IMG/VR virus record: IMGVR_UViG_3300044260_000021
Location: 1 to 53,879 of that record
DNA length: 53,879 nt
Strand: one strand, 5' to 3'
DNA from: a virus
Taxonomy: Duplodnaviria; Caudoviricetes
Below, in pieces: positions 9,472 to 18,390 of this stretch. A program made the position numbers and the translations under genes. Below the pieces are notes generated by a model, which had not been told where the DNA came from, did no database searches, and worked only from the letters and a program-made list of their open reading frames with translations. Each line of letters starts with the position of its first letter. Position 1 is the stretch's first letter.

Positions 9472-9568
9472 CGAAACACCACTACCGCACTTCGCGAACG
9501 TGCACTACCCTGAACATACCCACAAAAAATTCGCTTCGCCGCCTACGGCGGAACAACAGGAGAACACC

Positions 9569-9928
9569 ACGGCCCACCTGCCGCACTACGTCACCGTGAC
9601 CGCGCAGTTCGACGCCGACGGCAACGAACTGGAACCCGAAGTCAAATTCGAATGCCCCTGGAAATACGGCGCCTGCCACTTCTACCCCGCCTGCAGCCAC
9701 GAAGAATTCGACGCCAACCACTACGAAGACCACGGCACCGGCCACGAACGCGAACACCACGACGAATGCTGGATGCAGGGCTGGTTCGACAACGGCGGAC
9801 ACAGCTACGACGGCGAAGACTCCGACACCTACGGCGGCGATTACGGCATCCCCGCAGGCATGAACCGAAAAGGTTGGATCACCACCACATTCGAAGGCGA
9901 TTACGTGTCCTGGGAATTCGCAGCATGA
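9569..9928 (+). CDS. Hypothetical acidic Cys/His protein; start appears to be ACG
   Basis: AGGAGAACACC followed by in-frame ACG; strongly coding-like codons downstream; coupled to the next gene. Confidence 0.6.
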   Translation, partial: TAHLPHYVTVTAQFDADGNELEPEVKFECPWKYGACHFYPACSHEEFDANHYEDHGTGHEREHHDECWMQGWFDNGGHSYDGEDSDTYGGDYGIPAGMNRKGWITTTFEGDYVSWEFAA

Positions 9929-10071
9929 CCGCCGCCGTCACCCCCACGACCACCTACACCTGGTGGTGCCCGGACTGCCACGACTTCGCCGGACCATTCC
10001 CGAACCGCGACACCGCCCAGCAATGGGCAGACCTCCACAACCACACCCACCACACGGAGAACACGAAATGA
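9925..10071 (+). CDS. Small zinc-finger protein (CPDC...H..H)
   Basis: ATGA overlaps. Confidence 0.6.
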   Translation: MTAAVTPTTTYTWWCPDCHDFAGPFPNRDTAQQWADLHNHTHHTENTK

Positions 10072-10715
10072 TCACCCCAGACCATGACCCATGCTGCAGC
10101 GCCCACGGCGTCCCCATGGACTGCGAAGTCTACCGCCGGACCCACTTTGTTGAAGTCCGCCCCTGCTGCGCCACAGACGCCCAGCGGCTTCGCGACGAAG
10201 CACCCGCACCGGCTAAGGCGTGGTGCGGAATCCATAGGTGCTGCAGGGAAGCGAACCACCCCGGCCCTTGCGAATCGGACATTCTCGAAATCACCGCACC
10301 CCATGAAGACACCCCCGCAGTGACGGCACCCGAACAGCGCCTGGAAGCACTGGTGAAAACCGCGCTGGGAGGCGTAGCGACACTGCCCACGGACGCGAAC
10401 AGGACCGGGGACGCCCAGACACCCACGGGAGGGGGGCAAGGCCCGCAGAACGGCACACAGAGCCGCGAAGCCGCGGTGGCCGCTGCGGTCCGTCGGGAGA
10501 TGGAAAGCCGCACCTATGACCGGCACGCCTACAACGACGAAGTGTTCGCGGAAGGCGTGGCCGACATCGCACGGGCTGCGCTGGCCGCCGCTGACAATTG
10601 GGGCGGGACGCGCCCGCTGCGGGCATTCCTGGAAGTGCGGGCGATCCGGCCGGGCGTCGTGACCCACACGGAACTGCGGGAAATCCTCGCGCAGTACCCG
10701 GACGGTGCGCTGTGA
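10068..10715 (+). CDS. Hypothetical protein
   Basis: GGAG RBS; coupled at both ends. Confidence 0.65.
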   Translation: MITPDHDPCCSAHGVPMDCEVYRRTHFVEVRPCCATDAQRLRDEAPAPAKAWCGIHRCCREANHPGPCESDILEITAPHEDTPAVTAPEQRLEALVKTALGGVATLPTDANRTGDAQTPTGGGQGPQNGTQSREAAVAAAVRREMESRTYDRHAYNDEVFAEGVADIARAALAAADNWGGTRPLRAFLEVRAIRPGVVTHTELREILAQYPDGAL

Positions 10716-11059
10716 ACGCCGGGGACAAGCGCGAACCGTTCATGGTGCACCGCAAGTTTCAGGACAGGATGGGCTACGACTGGTACGTGTGGGGCGACAC
10801 GTGCGTAAAGCCGTGGATCGCTGACGACATGGCAGACCGCAAGCGCCTTACGGATGCTGAACTGTCCGCGGAAGCCTACCGGCAGTCCCTGCGGGCATGC
10901 GCCCAGTCCGGCATCGCATGGGACGAAGACGGCGCGAACCTGCTTATCCTGCCCGGGGACGCCGTGACGTTCGGGCCGGTACGGGTGGAAACGTCGCGCC
11001 TTGCGGTCATGAACCGGTTCGCGTCGCTGCCGCACGCAAGCGCAGGTGATTACCAGTGA
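10712..11059 (+). CDS. Hypothetical protein
   Basis: GTGA overlaps. Confidence 0.65.
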   Translation: MNAGDKREPFMVHRKFQDRMGYDWYVWGDTCVKPWIADDMADRKRLTDAELSAEAYRQSLRACAQSGIAWDEDGANLLILPGDAVTFGPVRVETSRLAVMNRFASLPHASAGDYQ

Positions 11060-11463
11060 CGGTTTATGCGCGTGGCGTCTCGCCTGACCTCGTGGTGCAG
11101 CGGACCCGTGCGGCGGCTGCCCGGGAACTGGAAGCCCTGCAGCGGGCGCGGGCCGACCTGGACAAAGCCAAGCAGGCCGCCGCGAAGGCGACCCGGGACG
11201 CGGAACGTGCGAAGGCAGCCGCGGACCGCATGGTGGCGAAGGCCGCCGCCGAAGTGGAAAAGGTTCGGACGATCCGGCGCAGGTCTTACCAGCGGCAGAA
11301 AGCCCGCAAGACCCCGCCGACCTACCAGCCCACGGCCGCGGCGATCGCCTACCGGGAACAACACCAGTACGCCATCAAGTCACTGCCCGCCCCAATCCAC
11401 GGCGGCCGGGCCGGGCTGCTGGCCGCCACCCGCGAAGCCGCGGCATGGGACGCCGCGCAGTGA
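11056..11463 (+). CDS. Coiled-coil hypothetical protein
   Basis: Ala/Lys/Arg helical composition; coupled. Confidence 0.65.
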   Translation: MTVYARGVSPDLVVQRTRAAAARELEALQRARADLDKAKQAAAKATRDAERAKAAADRMVAKAAAEVEKVRTIRRRSYQRQKARKTPPTYQPTAAAIAYREQHQYAIKSLPAPIHGGRAGLLAATREAAAWDAAQ

Positions 11464-11648
11464 TCGGGCTGGAAGTCGTGGACGGCCGCCTGCGCCTGGT
11501 AATCACCCGCCCGGCCCCGCAGCCCGCGCCCGCCGTCCCGGGCCGGGAAACCCTGCACTGCCCCGCCTGCGGCCGGTACTCCCGCGAAGCCCCGGACGGG
11601 CTGCCCGACTGCACCCGCCACGGCGTGCAAACCGTGATGTTCGCATGA
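11460..11648 (+). CDS. Small zinc-ribbon protein
   Basis: CPACG...CTRHG. Confidence 0.6.
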   Translation: MIGLEVVDGRLRLVITRPAPQPAPAVPGRETLHCPACGRYSREAPDGLPDCTRHGVQTVMFA

Positions 11649-11848
11649 ACGCGCCGGACACCCGCCGGGCGGCACTCACCGCCCGGCTGGCCCTGTTCGC
11701 CGCAGCCCTCGCCTGCCCCGCCCGGCAGAACTACCCAACGTTCGCGGCCTACGGCCAGGCATTCGACGCCTACCAGGCCACCACCATGGCCCCGCTGCGC
11801 GCCACACTGGCCGCAGCCGCCCAACGAGTGAAAGAGACACGCCCATGA
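11645..11848 (+). CDS. Hypothetical protein
   Basis: ATGA overlaps. Confidence 0.6.
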   Translation: MNAPDTRRAALTARLALFAAALACPARQNYPTFAAYGQAFDAYQATTMAPLRATLAAAAQRVKETRP

Positions 11849-12288
11849 CGGTCGAAATCATCGTGCCCGCCCCCGCGTTCGCCCCGGTCCGCAAGCGGGC
11901 CACCGGCAAGCTGCAGGCCGTCAACCCGTGGCTGAATTCGAACGACCGGCTGCACCGCCAGCAAGAGGCCAAACTGACCGCCGCGTGGCGTGACGCCGGG
12001 GCGCAGGCCGCCGCCGGGCTGGAACCCGTCACCGGGCTGGTGCTGATCTGGGCGCACGTGGTCAAGCCACGGGCGAACCGCTACGACCCGGCCAACTTCT
12101 ACCCCACCGCCAAAGCCGTCGTGGACGGATTCAGGGACGCCGGGCTGCTCGTAGACGACGACTGGCGCCACGTCGTCGGCCCGTTCATGCTTGCCGGGAC
12201 GAAAGGCCCGGACGCCCTGACGCTTACCGTCGGACACGTTCTAGAAAACGTAGTGCCGCTACTTCCGTTCGCGAAGTGGCAAGCGTAG
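11845..12288 (+). CDS. RusA-like Holliday junction resolvase
   Basis: WLNSNDRLH...RYDPANFYPTAKAVVDGFRDAGLLVDDD. Confidence 0.82.
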   Translation: MTVEIIVPAPAFAPVRKRATGKLQAVNPWLNSNDRLHRQQEAKLTAAWRDAGAQAAAGLEPVTGLVLIWAHVVKPRANRYDPANFYPTAKAVVDGFRDAGLLVDDDWRHVVGPFMLAGTKGPDALTLTVGHVLENVVPLLPFAKWQA

Positions 12289-12331
12289 TATGTTCATTGA
12301 AGTGCACAACCGACCACGGAAGGAACCCGCC

Positions 12332-12424
12332 ATGTGCACCACCACCAGCACCCACCACGACCACGACTACATCGAATGGACCGGAAACATACAGGTCCAC
12401 CACCACTGCCACGGCAGCCACTAA
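12332..12424 (+). CDS. 30-aa His/Cys-rich peptide
   Basis: GGAAGGA RBS; MCTTTSTHHDHDYIEWTGNIQVHHHCHGSH. Confidence 0.5.
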   Translation: MCTTTSTHHDHDYIEWTGNIQVHHHCHGSH

Positions 12425-12437
12425 CCAGGAGAACACG

Positions 12438-13643
12438 TTGCATATCACGAACCTTTACATGGAGAATTTCAAGCGCATCACCGCCGCCGACATCACCCCC
12501 GACGGGCACATGGTGATCCTGTCCGGCCCGAACGCCGCAGGCAAAACGTCCGTCCTGGACGGCATCTGGGCGGCCCTGGGCGGCGGCACCGCAACCCGGG
12601 CGATCGAACGGCCCATCCGCGACGGCGCCACCGAAGCCGTCGTGCAGCTGAACCTGGGCGACCTGGTAGTGACCCGCAAATGGAAGGGCGAGAAATCCAC
12701 CCTGACCGTGACCGGCGCCGACGGCCGCAAGCACACCAGCCCGCAGGCCCTGCTGGACTCACTCGTGGGCCAGCTGGCATTCGACCCGCTGGCATTCGCG
12801 ACCTACCCGCCCGCCAAACAGCGCGCCATCCTGCTGGACCTCGTGGGCCTGGCCGGGACACTGGCCGAACTGGACGACGAACGCCGCACCGCCTACGACG
12901 ACCGCACCGACGTGAACCGGGCCGTCAAGCAGTACGACGCGGAACTGGCCGCCTACCCGGACCTGACCGACGCGCCCGACCAGGAACTGTCCGTGGCCGA
13001 CCTGCTGGAACAGTACGAAGCCGCCAAAGCGTTGAATGCCCGGATCACCGCGGCCCGGCAGACGGTCGAATCCGCCGAACTGAACGTGGCGCAGCTGCGG
13101 GAACTGCTGGCCGAAGCCGAACAGACCCTGGCCGACGCCCGCCGCCACGCCGAAGGCGCCCCCGCCCTGCGGGACCTGTCCGCCTACACCGCGAAGATTC
13201 AGAACGCCGACGCCCTGAACGCCGCCGCCCGGCAGAAAGCCCGGCACGCCGAAACCCTGAACGCCCGGACCGCCATGGCCGCCCGCGCCGACGAACTGAC
13301 CGCCACCATTGAAGACGTGGACGCCCGCAAGGCCGCCGCCCTGAAAACGGCCGTCTTCCCCGTGGACGATCTGGGATTCGACGCCGACGGCGTGACCTAC
13401 CACGACGTGCCATTCAGTCAAGCATCCAGCGCGGAACGCCTGCGGGTGTCCACCGCCATGGGCATGGCCCTGAACCCCCAGCTGCGCGTCATGCACCTGC
13501 GCGACGCGTCCCTGCTGGACTCTGGGAACCTGGCCGCCCTCGCGGACATGGCCGCCGCGCAGGACTTCCAGTTGTGGGTCGAACGCGTGGACGAATCCGG
13601 CGCCGTCGGCATCGTCATTGAAGACGGCACGGTGCGGGCATGA
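12438..13643 (+). CDS. SMC/SbcC-like ABC-type ATPase with coiled coil
   Basis: TTG start after AGGAG; ENFKRI; Walker A GPNAAGKTS; central coiled coil; QASSAE signature-like motif and VMHLRDASLLD Walker B-like motif. Confidence 0.85.
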   Translation: MHITNLYMENFKRITAADITPDGHMVILSGPNAAGKTSVLDGIWAALGGGTATRAIERPIRDGATEAVVQLNLGDLVVTRKWKGEKSTLTVTGADGRKHTSPQALLDSLVGQLAFDPLAFATYPPAKQRAILLDLVGLAGTLAELDDERRTAYDDRTDVNRAVKQYDAELAAYPDLTDAPDQELSVADLLEQYEAAKALNARITAARQTVESAELNVAQLRELLAEAEQTLADARRHAEGAPALRDLSAYTAKIQNADALNAAARQKARHAETLNARTAMAARADELTATIEDVDARKAAALKTAVFPVDDLGFDADGVTYHDVPFSQASSAERLRVSTAMGMALNPQLRVMHLRDASLLDSGNLAALADMAAAQDFQLWVERVDESGAVGIVIEDGTVRA

Positions 13644-14002
13644 GCGCCCGCGACGATCTGGCCCGGCTGCTGTTCATCACGGACAACTACACCGCCGAAG
13701 ACCCCGCCCACGAATGGGAAGTGCTTACCCGGCACGCCACCGTCCATGTCCAGTACGTCTACGACATGGCCGACGCGCTGCTGGCCGCAGGCTACGGGGA
13801 CGTGCGGCAAGCCCAAGCGCAGGCCCTTGAAGACGCGGCGCAGGACTTCGAAGACAATATGGGCGTCACTGAATTTGACGAGTGGGCACGGCGCGACGGC
13901 GCACGGTGGACCCACATCGAAGACGCGTGGGAGTACCAAGGCCCGTACATGGACTGGCTGCGCGCCCGCGCCGCGACTGTCCGGGGCGTGGCCGACGCGT
14001 GA
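13640..14002 (+). CDS. Hypothetical protein
   Basis: Coupled ORF; mosaic phage motifs (ADALLAAGY, AQALEDAA, WLRARA). Confidence 0.7.
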   Translation: MSARDDLARLLFITDNYTAEDPAHEWEVLTRHATVHVQYVYDMADALLAAGYGDVRQAQAQALEDAAQDFEDNMGVTEFDEWARRDGARWTHIEDAWEYQGPYMDWLRARAATVRGVADA

Positions 14003-14094
14003 CCGTCTTCGAAGACCGCTACCGGCGGCACGTCCGGTTCCTGATCATCATTACCGTGCTGCTGGCCGTCCTGGCGCTGCTGCACATCGGCTAA
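13999..14094 (+). CDS. Small membrane peptide
   Basis: RRHVRFLIIITVLLAVLALLHIG. Confidence 0.55.
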   Translation: MTVFEDRYRRHVRFLIIITVLLAVLALLHIG

Positions 14095-14096
14095 CC

Positions 14097-14615
14097 ATGA
14101 GTCGAACAGCAGCAGCCGTCACAGAACGTTTCTGGTCCAAGGTCAACAAGACTGCCGGGTGCTGGAACTGGGGCGCCAGTAAGAGCAAAAAGGGATACGG
14201 CCAGTTCCGTATAGGTAAGCGCGTAGTAAAGGCCCACCGGGTCGCCTATGAACTGGAAAATGGCCTGATCCCGGCGGGCATGGACGTGGACCACCGCTGC
14301 CACAACAAGGCATGCGTCAACCCCGCCCACCTGCGCCTGGCTACAAATAAGCAGAACCATGAGAACTTGCCGGGCGCGCAGGCAAACAGTAAGTCCGGCG
14401 TGCGGGGCGTGTCGTGGAATAAGGCCAGCGGGAAATGGACCGCCAAACTGCAACACAACGGGCGCGGCATCCACGTGGGATTGTTCCCCACCGTCGAAGC
14501 CGCCGCCGAAGCTGTGGCCGCCAAGCGTCGGGAGTTGTTCACGCACAGCGACATGGATAAACCCGAATCAAAAAAAGAAGCATTGCTACTGTCGTTCGCG
14601 AACAGTAACGCGTAG
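14097..14615 (+). CDS. HNH endonuclease with AP2-like C-terminus
   Basis: RFWSKV..CWNW..GYG..AHRVAY..VDHRCHNKACVNPAHL..SGVRGVSW. Confidence 0.92.
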   Translation: MSRTAAAVTERFWSKVNKTAGCWNWGASKSKKGYGQFRIGKRVVKAHRVAYELENGLIPAGMDVDHRCHNKACVNPAHLRLATNKQNHENLPGAQANSKSGVRGVSWNKASGKWTAKLQHNGRGIHVGLFPTVEAAAEAVAAKRRELFTHSDMDKPESKKEALLLSFANSNA

Positions 14616-14656
14616 AATCGAACCCGTACCCACCACCCCAGACCGGAGAACCAGCC

Positions 14657-14809
14657 ATGGCAACGATCCCGACCACCACCCGGCCAATCCAACTACCCGA
14701 AGACGATTACGGGCTGGACCCGGCCACCCACGAACACCTGATCCGCAAGCTACGCGCCATGCCCCCGGCCCTGCGCGAAAGCATCCTGACCACCACCCCC
14801 ACCAACTAG
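14657..14809 (+). CDS. Hypothetical protein (50 aa)
   Basis: GGAG RBS; MATIPTTTRPIQLPEDDYGLDP... Confidence 0.55.
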   Translation: MATIPTTTRPIQLPEDDYGLDPATHEHLIRKLRAMPPALRESILTTTPTN

Positions 14810-14820
14810 GAGAAACCCCC

Positions 14821-15051
14821 ATGACCCACCCCGCCAGCAACTTGCCCAGTGACACGTATTCCACCACACGGCCGCCAGCCGTCACCGAGTTCACGGATTC
14901 GGACGGCGTTGTTTTCTCCAGCGAGTTCGAATCGGTGTTTGACCGGCGCACGATCATCATCAAGTCAAAAGGCCGCGCCGAGGATGCCATAGAGTTCTAC
15001 GCGTCCGACGCCGAACGCATCATTGACCTGATCCGCGGGGCCGCAGCATGA
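14821..15051 (+). CDS. Hypothetical protein
   Basis: AGGAG RBS. Confidence 0.65.
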   Translation: MTHPASNLPSDTYSTTRPPAVTEFTDSDGVVFSSEFESVFDRRTIIIKSKGRAEDAIEFYASDAERIIDLIRGAAA

Positions 15052-15260
15052 GCGCCACCCTGCCCGGCAACCCGCACGCCGATAACGCGGACAGCAGCGC
15101 CGTGAACCGCGACGCCTACGTGCAGGCGCAGGCCACGCTGGCCCTCGCCCACGAAACCCGCACCCTGACGCTGGCCCTGCTGGAATGCCACGTGGCCGCC
15201 CACGGCAGCGCGCCCGCCGGTCCGAACCTGGACGACATCATTCGGCGGCTGGGCGCATGA
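15048..15260 (+). CDS. Hypothetical protein
   Basis: Coupled; AQATLALAHETRT motif. Confidence 0.65.
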   Translation: MSATLPGNPHADNADSSAVNRDAYVQAQATLALAHETRTLTLALLECHVAAHGSAPAGPNLDDIIRRLGA

Positions 15261-15481
15261 GTAAGCAGCAGCTGCCCGTCGGCACGCCCGTCAGGTACTG
15301 GCCCGGCGCCCGCCACGGGAAAGGCATCGAAACCGTCACCCGCACGCCCGTGTTCATGATCAGTAACCGGCCGTGCGTCAGCGTCGAAGGCTACCCCGGC
15401 GGCATCTCACTAACCCATATCGAACGCATCACCACCGAACGGCCCCCGAACACCGACTACCCGCAGGAGGCCCTACTGTGA
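15257..15481 (+). CDS. Hypothetical SH3-like small protein
   Basis: PVGTPVRYWPGAR...TRT...V.VEGY.GGISLTHI. Confidence 0.65.
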   Translation: MSKQQLPVGTPVRYWPGARHGKGIETVTRTPVFMISNRPCVSVEGYPGGISLTHIERITTERPPNTDYPQEALL

Positions 15482-15780
15482 CCGCGCTTGACGCGATCCG
15501 GGCACGCGCCGCCAAAGTCCCCGAATGCCCCATGGACGACTGCCAGGACACCGGCTGCCAGGCCGAACGGGACCGGGCCGCCCTGCTCGCCGCGATCGAC
15601 GCCCTACTGTCCGTCGCGGACCGGCACGAACGGATCGCCGGGCTACTCACCGACCTGACCGACGCCACGAACACCACCGCCCGGAACCAGGCCGTCAACG
15701 CCGCCACCCGGCACCGCCGCACCGCCGCCACCATCCGCCACAAGATCGACCACGCCGTATCGAAGGAGAACCATGTCTGA
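15478..15780 (+). CDS. Hypothetical protein
   Basis: AGGAGG RBS; LDAIRARA. Confidence 0.65.
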   Translation: MTALDAIRARAAKVPECPMDDCQDTGCQAERDRAALLAAIDALLSVADRHERIAGLLTDLTDATNTTARNQAVNAATRHRRTAATIRHKIDHAVSKENHV

Positions 15781-16372
15781 CCTCGCGAAGCTGCTGCAGG
15801 CCCATTCCGCCACGCGCCTGCTGCACAACCCCACCCGGCACGTCTGCGCAGGCTGCGGGCAGGCCATTATCGGGACCATGGCCGACCACCAGGCCGACGT
15901 GCTGGACCTCGCCGGGTACGCCCCGGCACCGGCCAGCACAGACCGGCCCGTACCGACCACCACGGCGGAAATGGACGCCGACCGCAAGGTGGCCGCCGAA
16001 CAGCTGGTGGACCTCGTGCATGGCTGGATCACTACCCCCGCGAACGCCACCGACGCGGAAGACGCCGCCGAACTGGCGGACCTGCTGCTGGCCGCCCAGT
16101 GGGTGCCCGGCTGGGCCTACCGCCGCGACATCGCCCTGGTGGCCGACGCCGCGCACATGTCCGGCCACCAGCACGAACTGGACGAACTCGCCGGACCCAT
16201 CCACCGCCTGCAGTCAGTGCACGAAAAGACCGCCGACCGGCTCACCACCGCCCGCGCCACCATCAAAGACCAGCGCGCCACGATCGCCGCCCAAGACGCC
16301 CTGATCGACGGCATGCGCGCCACCCTGGGACAGCGCCGGGCCATGGCGGACACGGCCGCCGCACTGTCATGA
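15773..16372 (+). CDS. Hypothetical protein
   Basis: AAGGAG RBS; C-terminal coiled coil. Confidence 0.7.
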   Translation: MSDLAKLLQAHSATRLLHNPTRHVCAGCGQAIIGTMADHQADVLDLAGYAPAPASTDRPVPTTTAEMDADRKVAAEQLVDLVHGWITTPANATDAEDAAELADLLLAAQWVPGWAYRRDIALVADAAHMSGHQHELDELAGPIHRLQSVHEKTADRLTTARATIKDQRATIAAQDALIDGMRATLGQRRAMADTAAALS

Positions 16373-16695
16373 CCGTGGCCCTGCCGGACGTGGACGGCCT
16401 GACAGCGACCGACATTCTGGACGCGCTGGACTTCCACGACCCGGTGGGCTGCGGCCACTCCCAACACGGGAAAGACCCGGAGTGGCACGACGGCGGCCCC
16501 GCCACCCACTACGTCCGCGCGAACCACGCCTGCCCCGCCCAGCCCGGCAGGCGGACGCCCAGCGTCTACCCGGCCTGCGCGGCGTGGGTGGTCTTCGTGG
16601 AAGCCGTGCGGGGCGGCCGGTGGCTGTGCCGACACTGCAGGCAGATCAGTGACGGCCGGGACGTGTTTTCTGTGGTATGTCAAATCGGCGGGTAA
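16369..16695 (+). CDS. Cys/His hypothetical protein
   Basis: ATGA overlap; CAAW...CRHC. Confidence 0.65.
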   Translation: MTVALPDVDGLTATDILDALDFHDPVGCGHSQHGKDPEWHDGGPATHYVRANHACPAQPGRRTPSVYPACAAWVVFVEAVRGGRWLCRHCRQISDGRDVFSVVCQIGG

Positions 16696-16704
16696 AATGG
16701 TGGC

Positions 16705-16965
16705 ATGGCGAAGTGTAAGGGCTGCGGGGCCGACGCGAAGCGCGGGACGGACTACTGCGGGCCGCTCTGCGCGATCGGCACCCCGCCCGACACCACCCAC
16801 GCCGCCACGAACCCCGCCCTGATCGAACCGGACCCCGCCCTGCAGGACTGGGCGAACCGGCAATGGACCGAAAAGCTGGCCCTGGAACGGGCCGGATTCA
16901 CCACCGACGAAGCCATACAATACCTGGCCGCCGTCAAACACTTGGGAGGCGCAGGCTTTCGGTAG
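16705..16965 (+). CDS. Hypothetical protein, probably leaderless
   Basis: CKGC...YCGPLC; TAAAAT 6 nt before ATG. Confidence 0.65.
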   Translation: MAKCKGCGADAKRGTDYCGPLCAIGTPPDTTHAATNPALIEPDPALQDWANRQWTEKLALERAGFTTDEAIQYLAAVKHLGGAGFR

Positions 16966-17000
16966 TGGCACGCGTGCAGTTCGCGTACTAGACTGGGGAT

Positions 17001-17660
17001 ATGTCCCGCCAGTTATCACACGCAACCCATGGCAAAGTAGGTCTAGCCCCCACCGTCGCCCCGCCCTCAGGCGTCACACCCGAACTGCTGGCCTTGCACG
17101 CCGCATGGCCCGCCATATTCGCTTCCAAGGTCGAAGTGTCGGACCAGTGCTGGACCTGGACGGCATGCAAAGACAAGCATGGCTACGGGCGATTCAGCAT
17201 GAAGCGGCACCGCAGGGACGGGGAACCGCAGGTATGGCACGCGCACCGCGCAGCCCTACGACTCGCTGGCATCGAAGTGCCCGCAGACCGCCACATTGAC
17301 CACCTTTGCCGAAACCACAGCTGCGTCCGCCCCGACCACCTAGAAGCCGTAAACCCCGGCACGAACGTGCGCCGCGGACGGCAGGCAAATATCACTGGCT
17401 GGTGTCGCTCCGGCAAGCACCCGTGGACCGACGAAAATATCATGCAGGACGGGGGCGCCCGACGCTGCCGCCCATGCAGGGACGAACGTGAACGGGCCTA
17501 CCGGCCGCCAGCGGGCACCGCGAACAAAGACCGCACGCACTGCCCACAAGGGCATGCCTACACCCCGGAGAACACCAAAGTCCGCCGCGGGTCCCGGGAA
17601 TGCCGAACCTGTATCCGAGAGCGCCAGAGAAAAGCCAACCGAAGGACTCGCAATGCCTAA
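17001..17660 (+). CDS. HNH endonuclease with two C-terminal CxxGH...CxxC repeats
   Basis: CWTW..GYG..AHR..IDHLCRNHSCVRPDHL; CRSGKH..CRPC; HCPQGH..CRTC. Confidence 0.92.
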   Translation: MSRQLSHATHGKVGLAPTVAPPSGVTPELLALHAAWPAIFASKVEVSDQCWTWTACKDKHGYGRFSMKRHRRDGEPQVWHAHRAALRLAGIEVPADRHIDHLCRNHSCVRPDHLEAVNPGTNVRRGRQANITGWCRSGKHPWTDENIMQDGGARRCRPCRDERERAYRPPAGTANKDRTHCPQGHAYTPENTKVRRGSRECRTCIRERQRKANRRTRNA

Positions 17661-18309
17661 AGACCCCGCGTTTGCAGCCGGGCAGACCGTCAGCGGAAAA
17701 CTGATCTGCGGCGCCAAGAACAGACAAGGCAGCCCCTGCCGGAAGCCCCCAGAGCCGGACGCCACTAGGTGTTCTTTGCACGGCGGCAAATCGCCTATGG
17801 CTCAGAAGGCCGCGGAAGTCCGCCGCCAGGACCGCGAAGCCCGCGGCATTCTCGCCACCCTGGGCGAACCCGTGGACGGGGAAATCATCAACCCCGTGGA
17901 CGTGCTGCTGCGCCTCATTTCCTACAAGTGGGCGGAAGTGCTCTGGCTGCGCGCCAAAGTGCAGGAACTGGACGACAAAGACCTGGTATGGGGCGTGGAC
18001 TCCCACGACATCGGCGTAGGCCCTGACGGCCCGATTGACCGGGAGACGTTCAAGGCCGCCCCGAACGTGTGGTGGCGGCTGCTGCGGGAAGCGGAAAAGG
18101 ACGCCCGCGACCTTGCCGTGGCCGCCGCCCGCGCCGGGATTGAGGAACGCCAGGTGCGTTTGTCGGAACAGACCGCGGGCCAGTTCCTGCACGCGCTGCG
18201 GCTGATCCTGGACCGGCTGCAGCTGACCGACGCGCAGGCGCAGCTGGTGCCCGTCGTGGTCCCCGAAGTGCTGCGCGCGATCAGCGACACGCCCGGCGTA
18301 AAAAAGTGA
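17653..18309 (+). CDS. Probable terminase small subunit (HGGxSTG-like motif)
   Basis: CGAKNRQGSPC...RCSLHGGKSP; C-terminal AARAGIEERQVRL helix. Confidence 0.7.
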   Translation: MPKDPAFAAGQTVSGKLICGAKNRQGSPCRKPPEPDATRCSLHGGKSPMAQKAAEVRRQDREARGILATLGEPVDGEIINPVDVLLRLISYKWAEVLWLRAKVQELDDKDLVWGVDSHDIGVGPDGPIDRETFKAAPNVWWRLLREAEKDARDLAVAAARAGIEERQVRLSEQTAGQFLHALRLILDRLQLTDAQAQLVPVVVPEVLRAISDTPGVKK

Positions 18310-18390
18310 CCAAAAACGAAGTCTTACGCGTGCAGTACGCGTAGACTTGTTACCAACACCACAAGCAGTCCCACCGACTAGGAGAATTCC

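Noticed and set aside
3106-11473. Identical GTGATCGGGCTGGA at two gene starts (3106 and 11460)
   Set aside because: Only 14 bp and two copies; could be chance or a mosaic boundary, with no further support.
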